A DNA stretch of 64,000 nt, taken from assembly GCA_020832545.1 (NCBI GenBank), contig JAFIEK010000013.1:10973-74972 (forward strand), in the 5' to 3' direction. How positions within the stretch are numbered: the first letter of the stretch is position 1; each line of letters starts with the position of its first letter. Shown here piece after piece: positions 29,691 through 38,759 of this stretch. This stretch comes from Pararhodobacter sp. Lineage in GTDB: Bacteria; Pseudomonadota; Alphaproteobacteria; Rhodobacterales; Rhodobacteraceae. Below the pieces are notes generated by a model. The model ran no database searches. It was not told the origin of the DNA and worked only from the letters and a program-made list of their open reading frames with translations. The translations under genes were made by a program, and so were the position numbers.

Positions 29691-31433
29691 ATGACCGAAA
29701 CCCCCGCCTATCAGGTTCTGGCCCGCAAATACCGCCCCGAAACCTTTGCCGATCTGATCGGGCAAGAGGCCATGGTGCGCACGCTGAAGAATGCCTTTGC
29801 CGCTGATCGCATTCACCACGCGTTCATGATGACCGGCATCCGCGGTACCGGCAAGACGACCACCGCACGGATCATCGCCAAGGGGCTAAACTGCATCGGG
29901 GCTGACGGGCAGGGCGGGCCGACGACCGAGCCTTGCGGCCAGTGCGAGCATTGCCGCGCGATTGCCGAGGGGCGCCATGTCGATGTGCAGGAGATGGATG
30001 CGGCCAGCCGCACCGGTGTAGGCGATGTCCGCGAGATCATCGATTCGGTGGCGTACCGGGCGGCCAGCGCCCGCTACAAGATCTATATCATCGACGAAGT
30101 GCACATGCTGTCGAACAACGCCTTCAACGCGCTCCTGAAAACGCTGGAAGAGCCGCCCGCGCATGTAAAGTTCATCTTCGCTACCACCGAAATCCGCAAG
30201 GTGCCGGTGACGGTGCTCAGCCGCTGCCAGCGGTTTGATCTGCGCCGGATCGAACCTGAGGTGATGATCGCGCATCTGGAAAAGATCGCCGGGTTGGAAG
30301 GCGCGCAGATCAACCATGATGCGCTGGCCCTGATCACCCGTGCCGCCGAAGGCTCGGTCCGCGATGCGATGAGCCTTCTGGATCAGGCGATCAGTCATGG
30401 CGCAGGCGAGACCGGGGCGGAACAGGTGCGCGCCATGTTGGGGCTGGCTGACCGGGGCCGGGTGCTGGACCTGTTCGAGGCCATTCTGCGCGGCGATGCG
30501 GCGGGCGCGCTGACCGAACTGGCTGCGCAATACGCCGATGGCGCTGATCCGGGCGCGGTACTGCGCGATCTGGCCGAGATTTCGCATTGGGTGAGCGTGA
30601 TCAAGATCACGCCCGAAGCGGTTGAAGACCCCACCATCGGCCCCGATGAGCGTCAGCGCGGGCAGGATCTGGCGGCGCGGTTGTCGATGCGGGTTCTGTC
30701 GCGGATGTGGCAGATGCTGCTCAAGGCGCTGGAAGAGGTGGCACTTGCACCGAACGCGATGATGGCCGCCGAGATGTCGGTGATCCGGCTGACGCATGTC
30801 GCCGATCTGCCCGCACCTGAGGATCTGTTGCGCCGGTTGCAGGACGCGCCACCCCCGCCTTCGGATGGCGGTGGCGGAAACGGGCCGGGGCGTACGCCTG
30901 CCACGGGCGCGGCGGTGAACGCGATGGGGGCAGCGCGGATGCCATCGGGCGGCGGTGGCGGCACGCAGGCCGCGCTGGCAAACGAGCCCTCGGCGCTGGC
31001 GCAGTACGCGCGGTTTGAGGCCGTGGTCGAGCTGATCCGGACGCAACGCGACATGCGGCTCTTGATGGAGGTTGAAACCCATTTGCGGCTGGTGCGTTAT
31101 TCGCCGGGCCGGATTGAGTTTGAACCGACCGCCGACGCGCCGTCGGACCTTGCTTCGCGGCTGGCGGGGCGGTTGCAGGGCTGGACCGGGGCGCGCTGGG
31201 GTGTGTCGGTCACCGGCTCTGGCGGCGCAGCTACAATCACAGAGACACGCGACACCGAGCGCCGCGCACGCGAGGCGCATGCGCGGGAGAACCCGCTGGT
31301 CAAAGCAATTTTCGAGGTGTTCCCCAAGGCGCGCATCACCGATTTCCGCGACCCCGAAGCCGCTGTGCAGGAAGCCGCGATCGAGGCCCTGCCCGAGGTT
31401 GAGGATGAGTGGGATCCGTTTGAAGACAACTGA
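29691..31433 (+). CDS. dnaX: DNA polymerase III subunits gamma/tau
   Basis: 580 aa. YRPETFADLIGQE, Walker A GIRGTGKTTTARI, Zn module CGQCEHCRAI, IYIIDEVHMLS, SRCQRFDLRR. Confidence 0.97.
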   Translation: MTETPAYQVLARKYRPETFADLIGQEAMVRTLKNAFAADRIHHAFMMTGIRGTGKTTTARIIAKGLNCIGADGQGGPTTEPCGQCEHCRAIAEGRHVDVQEMDAASRTGVGDVREIIDSVAYRAASARYKIYIIDEVHMLSNNAFNALLKTLEEPPAHVKFIFATTEIRKVPVTVLSRCQRFDLRRIEPEVMIAHLEKIAGLEGAQINHDALALITRAAEGSVRDAMSLLDQAISHGAGETGAEQVRAMLGLADRGRVLDLFEAILRGDAAGALTELAAQYADGADPGAVLRDLAEISHWVSVIKITPEAVEDPTIGPDERQRGQDLAARLSMRVLSRMWQMLLKALEEVALAPNAMMAAEMSVIRLTHVADLPAPEDLLRRLQDAPPPPSDGGGGNGPGRTPATGAAVNAMGAARMPSGGGGGTQAALANEPSALAQYARFEAVVELIRTQRDMRLLMEVETHLRLVRYSPGRIEFEPTADAPSDLASRLAGRLQGWTGARWGVSVTGSGGAATITETRDTERRAREAHARENPLVKAIFEVFPKARITDFRDPEAAVQEAAIEALPEVEDEWDPFEDN

Positions 31434-31445
31434 AAGGACTAAACC

Positions 31446-31802
31446 ATGATCAAGGGCTTGGGTGGACTGGGCGGTCTGGGCGATATGGGCAAGATGATGA
31501 AGGCCGCCGAAGAAATGCAGGGCAAGATGGCCGCGCTGCAAGACGAGTTGAACGCCATCACCGTGACCGGTGAAAGTGGCGCTGGGCTGGTCAAGGCGAC
31601 GGCCACGGCCAAGGGCACACTGACCTCGCTGACGATCGATCCGTCGATCTTTTCGGCGGATGACAAGGAAGTGGTCGAGGATCTTATTCTGGCCGCGATC
31701 AAGGACGTGCAGGCCCGCGCGGCAGAGCGTACCAAGGATGAAATGGGCAAACTGGCCGAAAGCATGGGCCTGCCGCGCGACATGAACCTGCCCGGCATGT
31801 GA
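31446..31802 (+). CDS. ybaB: YbaB/EbfC-family nucleoid-associated protein
   Basis: 118 aa. [19 protein letters not shown]...[28 protein letters not shown]. Canonical dnaX-ybaB-recR order. Confidence 0.92.
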   Translation: MIKGLGGLGGLGDMGKMMKAAEEMQGKMAALQDELNAITVTGESGAGLVKATATAKGTLTSLTIDPSIFSADDKEVVEDLILAAIKDVQARAAERTKDEMGKLAESMGLPRDMNLPGM

Positions 31803-32401
31803 TGGAGCCGCGCCCCGCCGATATCGAGGGGCTGATCGCGCTGATGGCGCGGCTGCCGGGGCTGGGGCCACGCTCGGCCCGGCGAGCGGTGCTGCACCTG
31901 CTGCGCAAGCGGGTGCAGGTGATGGAGCCACTGGCGCGGGCGCTGCAGCAGGTGGCCGAAACCGCCTGCGAATGTCAGGTCTGCGGCAATATCGGCACGC
32001 ATGATATCTGCAATATCTGCGCCGATCCAAGGCGCGCGACGGGCGAGATCTGCGTGGTCGAGGATTTGTCAGACCTCTGGGCGATGGAGCGCGCAGGCGG
32101 GTTCAAGGGGCGCTATCATGTGCTGGGCGGTACGCTGTCGGCGCTCGATGCCGTGGGACCGGAAGATCTGCGCATCCCGCAACTGGTGGCGCGGATTGCA
32201 GATGAGGGGGTGCGCGAAGTCATTCTGGCGCTCAATGTTACGGTCGAGGGCCAGACAACGGCGCATTATATCGCCGAGGCGCTGGCCCCTACCGGCGTTG
32301 GCGTGAGTGCGCTGGCGCAGGGTGTGCCGATGGGTGGTGAACTGGATTATCTGGACGACGGCACCATTTCGGCGGCTTTCGCCGCGCGGCGGCGATTGTA
32401 G
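31799..32401 (+). CDS. recR: recombination protein RecR
   Basis: 200 aa. [11 protein letters not shown], Zn finger [16 protein letters not shown], Toprim region [13 protein letters not shown]. Confidence 0.95.
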   Translation: MMEPRPADIEGLIALMARLPGLGPRSARRAVLHLLRKRVQVMEPLARALQQVAETACECQVCGNIGTHDICNICADPRRATGEICVVEDLSDLWAMERAGGFKGRYHVLGGTLSALDAVGPEDLRIPQLVARIADEGVREVILALNVTVEGQTTAHYIAEALAPTGVGVSALAQGVPMGGELDYLDDGTISAAFAARRRL

Positions 32402-32647
32402 GTGCTTGTCCCTTTTGGATGGTGTGCGCAGTTCAAGGCCGGAACTGAGCGCGCCGATGAAATGGCTGGCCCGCCCAGGGAAAGGTGATTTCCGGTGCGG
32501 CGCTTTCGGTCAGAACCCAGCGGGCCCAGCGGGATTGTTTTTTCATGAACTGTCTTTCATTCCGGTTGCTGCCCCACTCTGGCGGGCGATTCCGGCGTGA
32601 CTTTGGCAAGGGTGCGGCGGTTTTCGAAAACCCGGCGCACCGCCGTT

Positions 32648-32671
32648 CCATGCGATTTCGAAATCGCATGG
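32648..32671. repeat. perfect 24-bp palindrome CCATGCGATTTCGAAATCGCATGG
   Basis: Read directly. A 10-bp stem with a TCGA centre. It is preceded at 32611-32641 by an imperfect hairpin also centred on TTTCGAAA, and followed by the direct repeat TGCGCGTCAC at 32677 and 32693. Confidence 0.8.
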
Positions 32672-32718
32672 CCATATGCGCGTCACGCCGTTTGCGCGTC
32701 ACAAGGGGCGGTGCAGGT

Positions 32719-33480
32719 TTACAGGCGGATTGCAGAAATTAGGCGTCCGTAATCAGCCTCGCCTGCATGAACTGAGCGGCGATAGGAAAAGAACTGTTCG
32801 GCCGTTGAATAGGTGCAGTGGCGGGTCCATTCAGCTTGGCCGACGCCCGCTTCGCGCAGCCGGTGCAGGCCAAATCCCGGCAGGTCGAACAGGTAGCGGT
32901 CGCCTTCGCCAGTGGCGAAGAACCAGTTGTATCCGGGGTCTTCGGCCATGAAGGCCTCCAGAAACTCAGGCCCCACTTCATAGGCGCGCTGGCTGATGCA
33001 GGGGCCGATCACCGCGCTGATCCCGGCGCGATCAGCCCCCAGTTCCTCCATCGCGTCCAGCGTCGCCTCCAACACGCCCGCGAGCGCGCCGCGCCAGCCC
33101 GCATGCACTGCGCCGATCACCCCGGCGTCCGGGTCTGCCAGCAATACCGGCATGCAATCGGCGCTCAGCACGCTCAGCGCGATGCCGGGCTGATCGGTCA
33201 CCATGGCATCGGCCTTATGCCTGCTGGTATCGGTCCCGGGGTCAGTGATGCGTACAACATCAGCTGAGTGGACCTGATGCACGCCGGTCAGTGCCTGAAG
33301 CTCTACCTCCATTGCCATGGCCACCCGGGCGCGGTTGATCGCCACAATTTCGGTCTGATCGCCCGAGCCACCGCCGCAGTTCAGCCCTCGGTAAACGCCT
33401 GACGAGGCCCCGCCGCGCCGGGTAAAGAAACCGTGGCGCAGAGGGGCGAGTGTGTCCGAGGTCAGTATTTCAAGTGTCAT
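32719..33480 (-). CDS. pgeF: YfiH/PgeF-family (DUF152, laccase-domain) protein
   Basis: ORF 32719..33543 trimmed to ATG 33480 (MTLEILTSDTLAPLRHGFFTRRGGASSGVYRGLNCG...). Contains QVHSADV, SADCMPVLL and HAGWRG. Confidence 0.85.
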   Translation of the reverse strand: MTLEILTSDTLAPLRHGFFTRRGGASSGVYRGLNCGGGSGDQTEIVAINRARVAMAMEVELQALTGVHQVHSADVVRITDPGTDTSRHKADAMVTDQPGIALSVLSADCMPVLLADPDAGVIGAVHAGWRGALAGVLEATLDAMEELGADRAGISAVIGPCISQRAYEVGPEFLEAFMAEDPGYNWFFATGEGDRYLFDLPGFGLHRLREAGVGQAEWTRHCTYSTAEQFFSYRRSVHAGEADYGRLISAIRL

Positions 33481-33490
33481 GCAGCCAGCC

Positions 33491-34558
33491 TTACACCGGG
33501 TCAAATCCGGGGGGAAGCGGCGCGCCGGGGGCGACCAGCGCAAGCGCCTTGAACAGCGTTCCCATTTCTGCGGTATCGGTCAAGCGCTGATACGCGGCGC
33601 GATGGGCCTCCAGCGCCGGGCCGCGCAAATTCTGGGCAAGACGCGCGGCGCGGGCGTCAATTCCCAGCCGGTCGAGCAGGACACCTTGAGGCGTGAGCGC
33701 GCTGTGGGTCAGGCTTGGGGCGGCGCGGGTGAGGGCTTCGAAATCCACATGCGCGGTCAGATCGGCGTTTCCCGGATGCGCGAGCGGGTCATCGAATGCT
33801 TGCTTGCGCAGGGCTTGAAAGGTGTCTCCCAGACTGCGCCAGTCGCCGTAGTCGATGATCAGGGCCGCGCCGCCATGGTTGGCAATCTGGTTCTCAATCG
33901 CCGCCATGACGGTGGCCGCAGCGGGGCAGGTCTCGACGATGTCGCCGGGCAGGGTATCAGACAGCCGGTGCGCCAGTTCGGGACGGGGTGCGGGGTCGCT
34001 CAACCCCAGCGCCAGCGCCCCGTCGCGCACCCCGACCACCCGCTCTCGCCAACCCGCGCCATCACGCTGAAACTGGCGGATCGGCAGGGCATCGAAAAAC
34101 TCGTTTGCGACCAGCCACAGGGGGATGTCGGGTAGGGCGTCGGTGCTGTCATGCCAGCAGACCGGCAGGCCCTGCAACCGTTCGCGCTGCATTGCGCGCA
34201 ATGTCGGCGAGGCCTCGATCAGATGCACTTGGGCGGCGGCGTGCATTCCCGGCACCCCGCGCGTGGCACGCCAGATATCGGCCATCATCGTCCCGCGTCC
34301 CGGCCCCGGCTCGGCCAGCGCAAAGGGTGCGGGCGCCCCCTGATCCAACCAGCTTTGGGCCAGGCACAGGCCGATCAGCTCGCCGAACATCTGGCTGATC
34401 TCGGGCGCGGTGGTGAAGTCACCGCCCGCGCCCAATGGGTCGCGCGTGGCATAATAGCCGTGGCGCGGGTCCAGCAGGCAATCGGTCATGTACTCGGCCA
34501 GCGTCAGTGGACCGGTGGCGGCAATGCGTGCCTTCAGCCGGTCCTCAAGCGCCGTCAT
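33491..34558 (-). CDS. class-I SAM-dependent methyltransferase (DUF185/NDUFAF7-MidA-like)
   Basis: 355 aa. GDFTTAPEISQMFGELIG...LAEPGPGRGTMMAD...LVANEFFDALP. Confidence 0.8.
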   Translation of the reverse strand: MTALEDRLKARIAATGPLTLAEYMTDCLLDPRHGYYATRDPLGAGGDFTTAPEISQMFGELIGLCLAQSWLDQGAPAPFALAEPGPGRGTMMADIWRATRGVPGMHAAAQVHLIEASPTLRAMQRERLQGLPVCWHDSTDALPDIPLWLVANEFFDALPIRQFQRDGAGWRERVVGVRDGALALGLSDPAPRPELAHRLSDTLPGDIVETCPAAATVMAAIENQIANHGGAALIIDYGDWRSLGDTFQALRKQAFDDPLAHPGNADLTAHVDFEALTRAAPSLTHSALTPQGVLLDRLGIDARAARLAQNLRGPALEAHRAAYQRLTDTAEMGTLFKALALVAPGAPLPPGFDPV

Positions 34559-35442
34559 TGCCGTCCGCGCCGCAGCGCGAGGGCCACCAGCAACGCCCCG
34601 GCCAGAACCATTGGCAGGCTCAGAAGCTGCCCCATGGTGAGACCGAAATCACCCAGCGTCAGCACATGGCCTTGCGGATGACGCATCAGAAACTGCTCGT
34701 CCGGCATGCGCCAGAACTCGACGACGAACCGCGCCAGACCATAAACGGTGAAAAAGACGCCGGTGATCAGCCATGGAAACTGCAGCGCGTGGCGGCGGCG
34801 CACCAGCCAAAGCACAACAAGCCCCAGCAACAGCCCCTCCAGCGCAGCCTCATAGAGCTGCGTGGGATGGCGCGCACAGGGGTGTTCCCATTCAATCGGG
34901 CAGATGCTGCCATAGCCGGGAAACAGAACGCCCCACGGCATGGTGGTGGGGCGGCCCCACAGTTCGGCATTGATGAAATTTGCGATGCGACCCAGAAACA
35001 GGCCCACGGGGATCACCATGGCCATGGAATCAGAGACCGCCGACGGGGCCACGCCATTTCGCCGCGCAAACAGGTAACCCGCCACCGCCGCACCCAATAA
35101 CCCGCCGTGGAAGGACATGCCGCCCTCCCATACGCGCAGGATCTCTGTGGGGTTCGCCAAGTAATAACCGGGCTGATAGAACAGCACAAACCCCAGCCGA
35201 CCGCCGAGGATCACACCCAGAATGATCCATGTCAGCAACGATTCCACCGCCACCGGCTGCATCGGTGCGGTCTGGCCGGGCCAGAGCGCAGGACGGCGCA
35301 CAGCGGCGACGATCAACCGCCAGCCGATCAGGAAACCGGCGATATAGGCCAGCGCATACCAGCGCAGCGCGAAGGTAAAATTTCCCAACTCGATCGAAAA
35401 GATGTCAGGCGAGAGGGGGGGGAAGGGGATCAGGGCCTGCAT
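34555..35442 (-). CDS. lgt: prolipoprotein diacylglyceryl transferase
   Basis: 295 aa. LRWYALAYIAGFL, GGRLG, GMSFHGGLLG, GRIANFINAELWGRPT, HPTQLYEA. Confidence 0.93.
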   Translation of the reverse strand: MQALIPFPPLSPDIFSIELGNFTFALRWYALAYIAGFLIGWRLIVAAVRRPALWPGQTAPMQPVAVESLLTWIILGVILGGRLGFVLFYQPGYYLANPTEILRVWEGGMSFHGGLLGAAVAGYLFARRNGVAPSAVSDSMAMVIPVGLFLGRIANFINAELWGRPTTMPWGVLFPGYGSICPIEWEHPCARHPTQLYEAALEGLLLGLVVLWLVRRRHALQFPWLITGVFFTVYGLARFVVEFWRMPDEQFLMRHPQGHVLTLGDFGLTMGQLLSLPMVLAGALLVALALRRGRQ

Positions 35443-35568
35443 TTGGGTCTCCGCTGCCTTTGGGGGACGTCTTCCCGTGACAGGGCGGCGAAGTCAACCT
35501 TGCGATCAACCTTGTGATTCGCGCTCCGTAGCCACATATAGACGGGGTCCGGACCAAGGAGTGCCAGC

Positions 35569-35817
35569 ATGCAGCCCAATAACCGCTTTTTCGATGATCT
35601 TTCCAAACTGGCGACCAACGCCATGGGTGTGGCCCAGGGCGCCCGGGCCGAGGCAGAGACAGCGATGAAAAGCCTGATGGATCGCTGGCTCGCCGACCGC
35701 GACTTTGTCACGCGTGAGGAATTCGACGCCGTACGCGCCATGGCCCAGAAAGCGCGCGAGGAGAACGAGGCACTGAAGGCACGCCTTGCCGCGCTGGAAG
35801 AGAAAGCGGGCGGCTGA
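35569..35817 (+). CDS. ubiK: UbiK/YqiC (BMFP) family accessory factor
   Basis: 82 aa. FFDDLSKLATNAMGVAQGARAEAETAMKS...FVTREEFDAVRAMAQKAREENEALKARL. Confidence 0.8.
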   Translation: MQPNNRFFDDLSKLATNAMGVAQGARAEAETAMKSLMDRWLADRDFVTREEFDAVRAMAQKAREENEALKARLAALEEKAGG

Positions 35818-36225
35818 CAGACCTGTAGCGCGACGCGCTGAGCACGATAGACCTTGCCCCCTACTCATGCGGCGGGAGGGGTCATGTTTGCAGTTCTCGC
35901 AACCGGGTGCCGCAGTTGGGGATGGGCAGTGGTCTGGTCGTGGCGCGGCTGGCACGCATCCTGGTTTAGAGAAAAGTCGCTCAGTCAATGTAGCATCGTC
36001 AACCTTTTGTCCGCGCGATTGACCTGCCCAGCTACGTTCCTGCCCTCATTCCAACGTCAAAGCCCGGGGGGTACAGGGCGTCGTTGGACGTCATGGGGAT
36101 AGGATAGTGCTGTGAGAGAGGATTGAATTCTGACCCTCTTTAATGACATTAATCACTTAAGTGTCTCACTGGCCCCTGAATTGGCACCTATTCTGGCCCC
36201 AAAATTTTCGTGATCCGACGCCATT

Positions 36226-36378
36226 ATGTCGCACGGCATATTCAGCACGTTTGACTGCGAATGCTGCAATCACATGAGCGTGCTTTGGGGATCGACGCCG
36301 ACTGAGGCAGAGTGCGGGATGGTCTATACGGGTCTGCGCGGGGATCTGGGCGTCCCGGGGCGTGACTGTTCCAACTGA
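36226..36378 (+). CDS. possible 50-aa Cys-rich small protein
   Basis: Below the ORF-track size cutoff. MSHGIFSTFDCECCNHMSVLWGSTPTEAECGMVYTGLRGDLGVPGRDCSN. About three quarters of its third positions are G/C although the surrounding DNA is AT-richer. No convincing Shine-Dalgarno sequence. Confidence 0.3.
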   Translation: MSHGIFSTFDCECCNHMSVLWGSTPTEAECGMVYTGLRGDLGVPGRDCSN

Positions 36379-36426
36379 TTTGCTTCGCTGAAACCTGCCT
36401 CTTCATGTGATTGTTGCCATATCAGC

Positions 36427-36924
36427 CTATAGTCGACACAGCGACGCATGAGCTGCACGGAACTGGGCGTTTCGCGCGGTGTTGTTATCATGCATTTCGC
36501 ACTCCGCGAGGGCGAAAGGACTACCGATGAGCAACTGGATAATCTTCGCCGCTGTTTTCGGCTTTATCTGGATATGTATGGTGCTGGCGCTCGCTACTGC
36601 AATCGCAAAAGGGTCGCGCATCAATACCGAGCGTGACCGCCCGCGAGGGTGGTGGCGATAACATGCGCCCAACTGCAGAAGTTGCGTGACCTCAATGCGC
36701 TGATCGACAAGGCCAAACAGCCACGAGAACCCGCCCCGCCTCGGCGGAACTTTTCGTGCGCAGACGCGCCCGTAGGCGGCAAGGTCGGTCGGCGTGCATC
36801 TTTGGGTCCGGTATAACTGCCAGACCGCCTGAGTGCCGCAGAAACAGGGCTCTTCCAGCCAGCGATTGCAATGCCCGACAGCGCGACCGTATGACAGGCC
36901 GAAGCTCCGCTCGGGCGTTTGCAT
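36427..36924 (-). CDS. hypothetical protein (start region codes well; 3' part doubtful)
   Basis: 165-aa ORF 47 nt downstream of the VanZ gene, with GGAG 10 nt upstream of its ATG. The first ~88 codons have high GC3 and include GHCNRWLEEPCFCG. The 3' third overlaps a plausible plus-strand micro-ORF. Confidence 0.35.
   Translation of the reverse strand: MQTPERSFGLSYGRAVGHCNRWLEEPCFCGTQAVWQLYRTQRCTPTDLAAYGRVCARKVPPRRGGFSWLFGLVDQRIEVTQLLQLGACYRHHPRGRSRSVLMRDPFAIAVASASTIHIQIKPKTAAKIIQLLIGSPFALAECEMHDNNTARNAQFRAAHASLCRL
36527..36661 (+). CDS. possible 44-aa single-TM small membrane protein
   Basis: MSNWIIFAAVFGFIWICMVLALATAIAKGSRINTERDRPRGWWR, a hydrophobic helix plus a basic tail. AAGGA-like sequence upstream. 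It conflicts with the minus-strand ORF. Confidence 0.3.
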   Translation: MSNWIIFAAVFGFIWICMVLALATAIAKGSRINTERDRPRGWWR

Positions 36925-36971
36925 CAGGGCGCACTCCGATTTAGCCCCGCAACGATCCGCTCGTGGTTCTG

Positions 36972-37436
36972 TCAGCCCTCAGCATCGTCCGGGTTCGGTT
37001 TCTCGGCAAACCAATACGCTCTGAACCATCTGCCCGTTTGCATGCCCGCCGCCGCGCCCAGAACAGCGCCAAAAATATCGGCCAGAAAGTCTGCCCATTC
37101 AGCCTGCCTTCCAAAATAGGGCTGAATCAGTTCGATCACGCCGCCGTAAGCAATGACGCCGAGCGCGACAGGGATTGCCAGTCTCGGTCGTGCGAAGGGA
37201 ATCGGAAAGGCCAGAGCGGCAAAGGCCAGGACATGGTGGAGCTTGTCCGAGCCAGGAACTCCTTCGCTTGAGACCGGCGCCAAGGTCAAAAATGCGATCA
37301 CGATGCCCAGCAGAATGGTCGCTGCAACGCCAATCATTTGCAGTCGATATCTGGTAATAAATGCCACCTCGTCAGCCTTGTAAAATTCACGGGCCGAATC
37401 GCATCGGTGTGCCGCATCGTGTCGTTGCTCAGTCAT
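36972..37436 (-). CDS. VanZ-family membrane protein
   Basis: 154 aa. GSDKLHHVLAFAALAF and ADFLADIFGAVLGAAAG match the DKxxH...D...G...G VanZ pattern. Four TM segments. Confidence 0.7.
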   Translation of the reverse strand: MTEQRHDAAHRCDSAREFYKADEVAFITRYRLQMIGVAATILLGIVIAFLTLAPVSSEGVPGSDKLHHVLAFAALAFPIPFARPRLAIPVALGVIAYGGVIELIQPYFGRQAEWADFLADIFGAVLGAAAGMQTGRWFRAYWFAEKPNPDDAEG

Positions 37437-37736
37437 AGACGCGTCCGATCGGAAAGAAGTACGCGTCAGCGTCCTGATAGCATTCCGTCAACCAGACTGC
37501 CATGTCTGTGCAGTCAACTGCGGATCATCCCCGTCGCGGGACCGGGAATGCGTTGCATGTCCATCGGCCAGAAGCGTCAACGGCTGGCCTCGGCGAGAGC
37601 ATTCCACACAGCACTCTCGAAAAACACAACCACTCGCGCAATCGGCACCAGACCCCGCGCATGACCGTCAAAACCGCGACTATAAGTAAGTCAGAAGTCG
37701 CGAGATGCGATGCAAACCTCTGACGGAGCTTGAAAA

Positions 37737-38138
37737 ATGGCAACTAAACCACATGCAGATACACGACTGGCGAAATTCGTGACACAGCGCATTTCCGATC
37801 TGAACGGAGCAAAGACCCAGGCTGAAATCGCTATTGATGCCGGGTTTCTCAACGCGAACGTTCTGTCGATGATTAAAAGCGGATCGACGAAACTGGCCCT
37901 CGATCGGGTGCCGCAACTTGCGAAGGCACTCGACTGCGACCCGGCGCTTTTATTGCGGCTGACAATGGAGCAATCGCTCGGCGTGACAGCGGCGAAAGCC
38001 ATCGCCGAGATTTTCGGCTCGCCGTTGACGAACAATGAGCGAGAGTGGGTCGCCGAGATCCGCGATGCCAGCGGCGACATCGACCCCCGCCTTACGGCGC
38101 GCAGCCGGACCAAGCTGCGGGAGATCTTCGGGCGATGA
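37737..38138 (+). CDS. XRE-family helix-turn-helix transcriptional regulator
   Basis: 133 aa. LAKFVTQRISDLNGAKTQAEIAIDAGFLNANVLSMIKSGSTKLALDRVPQLAKALDCDPALLLRL, a Cro/C1-type HTH. Confidence 0.75.
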   Translation: MATKPHADTRLAKFVTQRISDLNGAKTQAEIAIDAGFLNANVLSMIKSGSTKLALDRVPQLAKALDCDPALLLRLTMEQSLGVTAAKAIAEIFGSPLTNNEREWVAEIRDASGDIDPRLTARSRTKLREIFGR

Positions 38139-38326
38139 CCAGAACCATCATCATGACGGACACGGGGCCGATAGGACTGGTTCGGCCGAATCCCATGAGA
38201 GTCGACGTCACCGAGAACGAGTTGGCCTGGATCGGCTTCCTGCGCGAGTTTACTGATCGGTCCGATCCAGCACCCCGCCTCACTGTCGTGCAGGCACTTC
38301 GGTTTGCTCTGCGAAAAGGCGCCTGA
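38135..38326 (+). CDS. hypothetical 63-aa protein, translationally coupled to the XRE gene
   Basis: An ATGA overlap at 38135-38138 joins it to the XRE stop. MTRTIIMTDTGPIGLVRPNPMRVDVTENELAWIGFLREFTDRSDPAPRLTVVQALRFALRKGA. Confidence 0.45.
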   Translation: MTRTIIMTDTGPIGLVRPNPMRVDVTENELAWIGFLREFTDRSDPAPRLTVVQALRFALRKGA

Positions 38327-38378
38327 CCACGGTGACGGCATACGGCATCGGTGGGACAAAGGTCAGTCTCAGCTGAGG

Positions 38379-38759
38379 TCACGCCTTGATCTTCCCGATC
38401 AGCGTGACACCCGGCAGGCCTGTGAAGTGCGCATCACAAGTCAGAATCGTCGCACCATGCGCCTGAGCGGTCGCGAAAATGACGGCGTCTGCGGTGGACA
38501 GCTTTTGGCTACGGCAAGCCTCAGCGGCCGCCAGCGCGATATCGGTGTCGAGGGGTGCTATATGGCAAACTTGGGTAAAGGCGATCACCTGGTCGGCCTT
38601 GTCCTCGCCCACTTCGTGGGTCAGCCATTTCGACAGCTCCAGCTGGACCAAGGTCGGCACCAGCCAGTCTTGCTGGTCGGGAAGGTCCGCAGCGACCGCG
38701 TCGCCAGTGGCGGAGCCGATCAGCCACTCGATCCACGCCGACGTGTCGACAAGGATCAT
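38379..38759 (-). CDS. vapC: type II toxin-antitoxin system VapC-family PIN-domain toxin
   Basis: 126 aa. MILVDTSAWIEWL...LVQLELS...STADAVIFATAQAHGATILTCDAHF carries the acidic PIN residues in the usual order. Confidence 0.85.
   Translation of the reverse strand: MILVDTSAWIEWLIGSATGDAVAADLPDQQDWLVPTLVQLELSKWLTHEVGEDKADQVIAFTQVCHIAPLDTDIALAAAEACRSQKLSTADAVIFATAQAHGATILTCDAHFTGLPGVTLIGKIKA

Noticed and set aside
29691-31433. Programmed -1 frameshift site in dnaX
   Set aside because: No A-AAA-AAG-type slippery heptamer is visible, and there is no evidence for a separate gamma product.
29886-32030. 714-aa minus-strand ORF
   Set aside because: It is antisense across dnaX, ybaB and recR, all of which have unmistakable motifs. 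Its composition is Arg/Pro/Gly-rich low complexity.
32433-32702. 89-aa minus-strand ORF in the recR/pgeF intergenic region (inner 37-codon ORF MKKQSRWARWVLTES...)
   Set aside because: It reads straight through the palindromes and has weak start signals. It cannot be supported without conservation or expression data.
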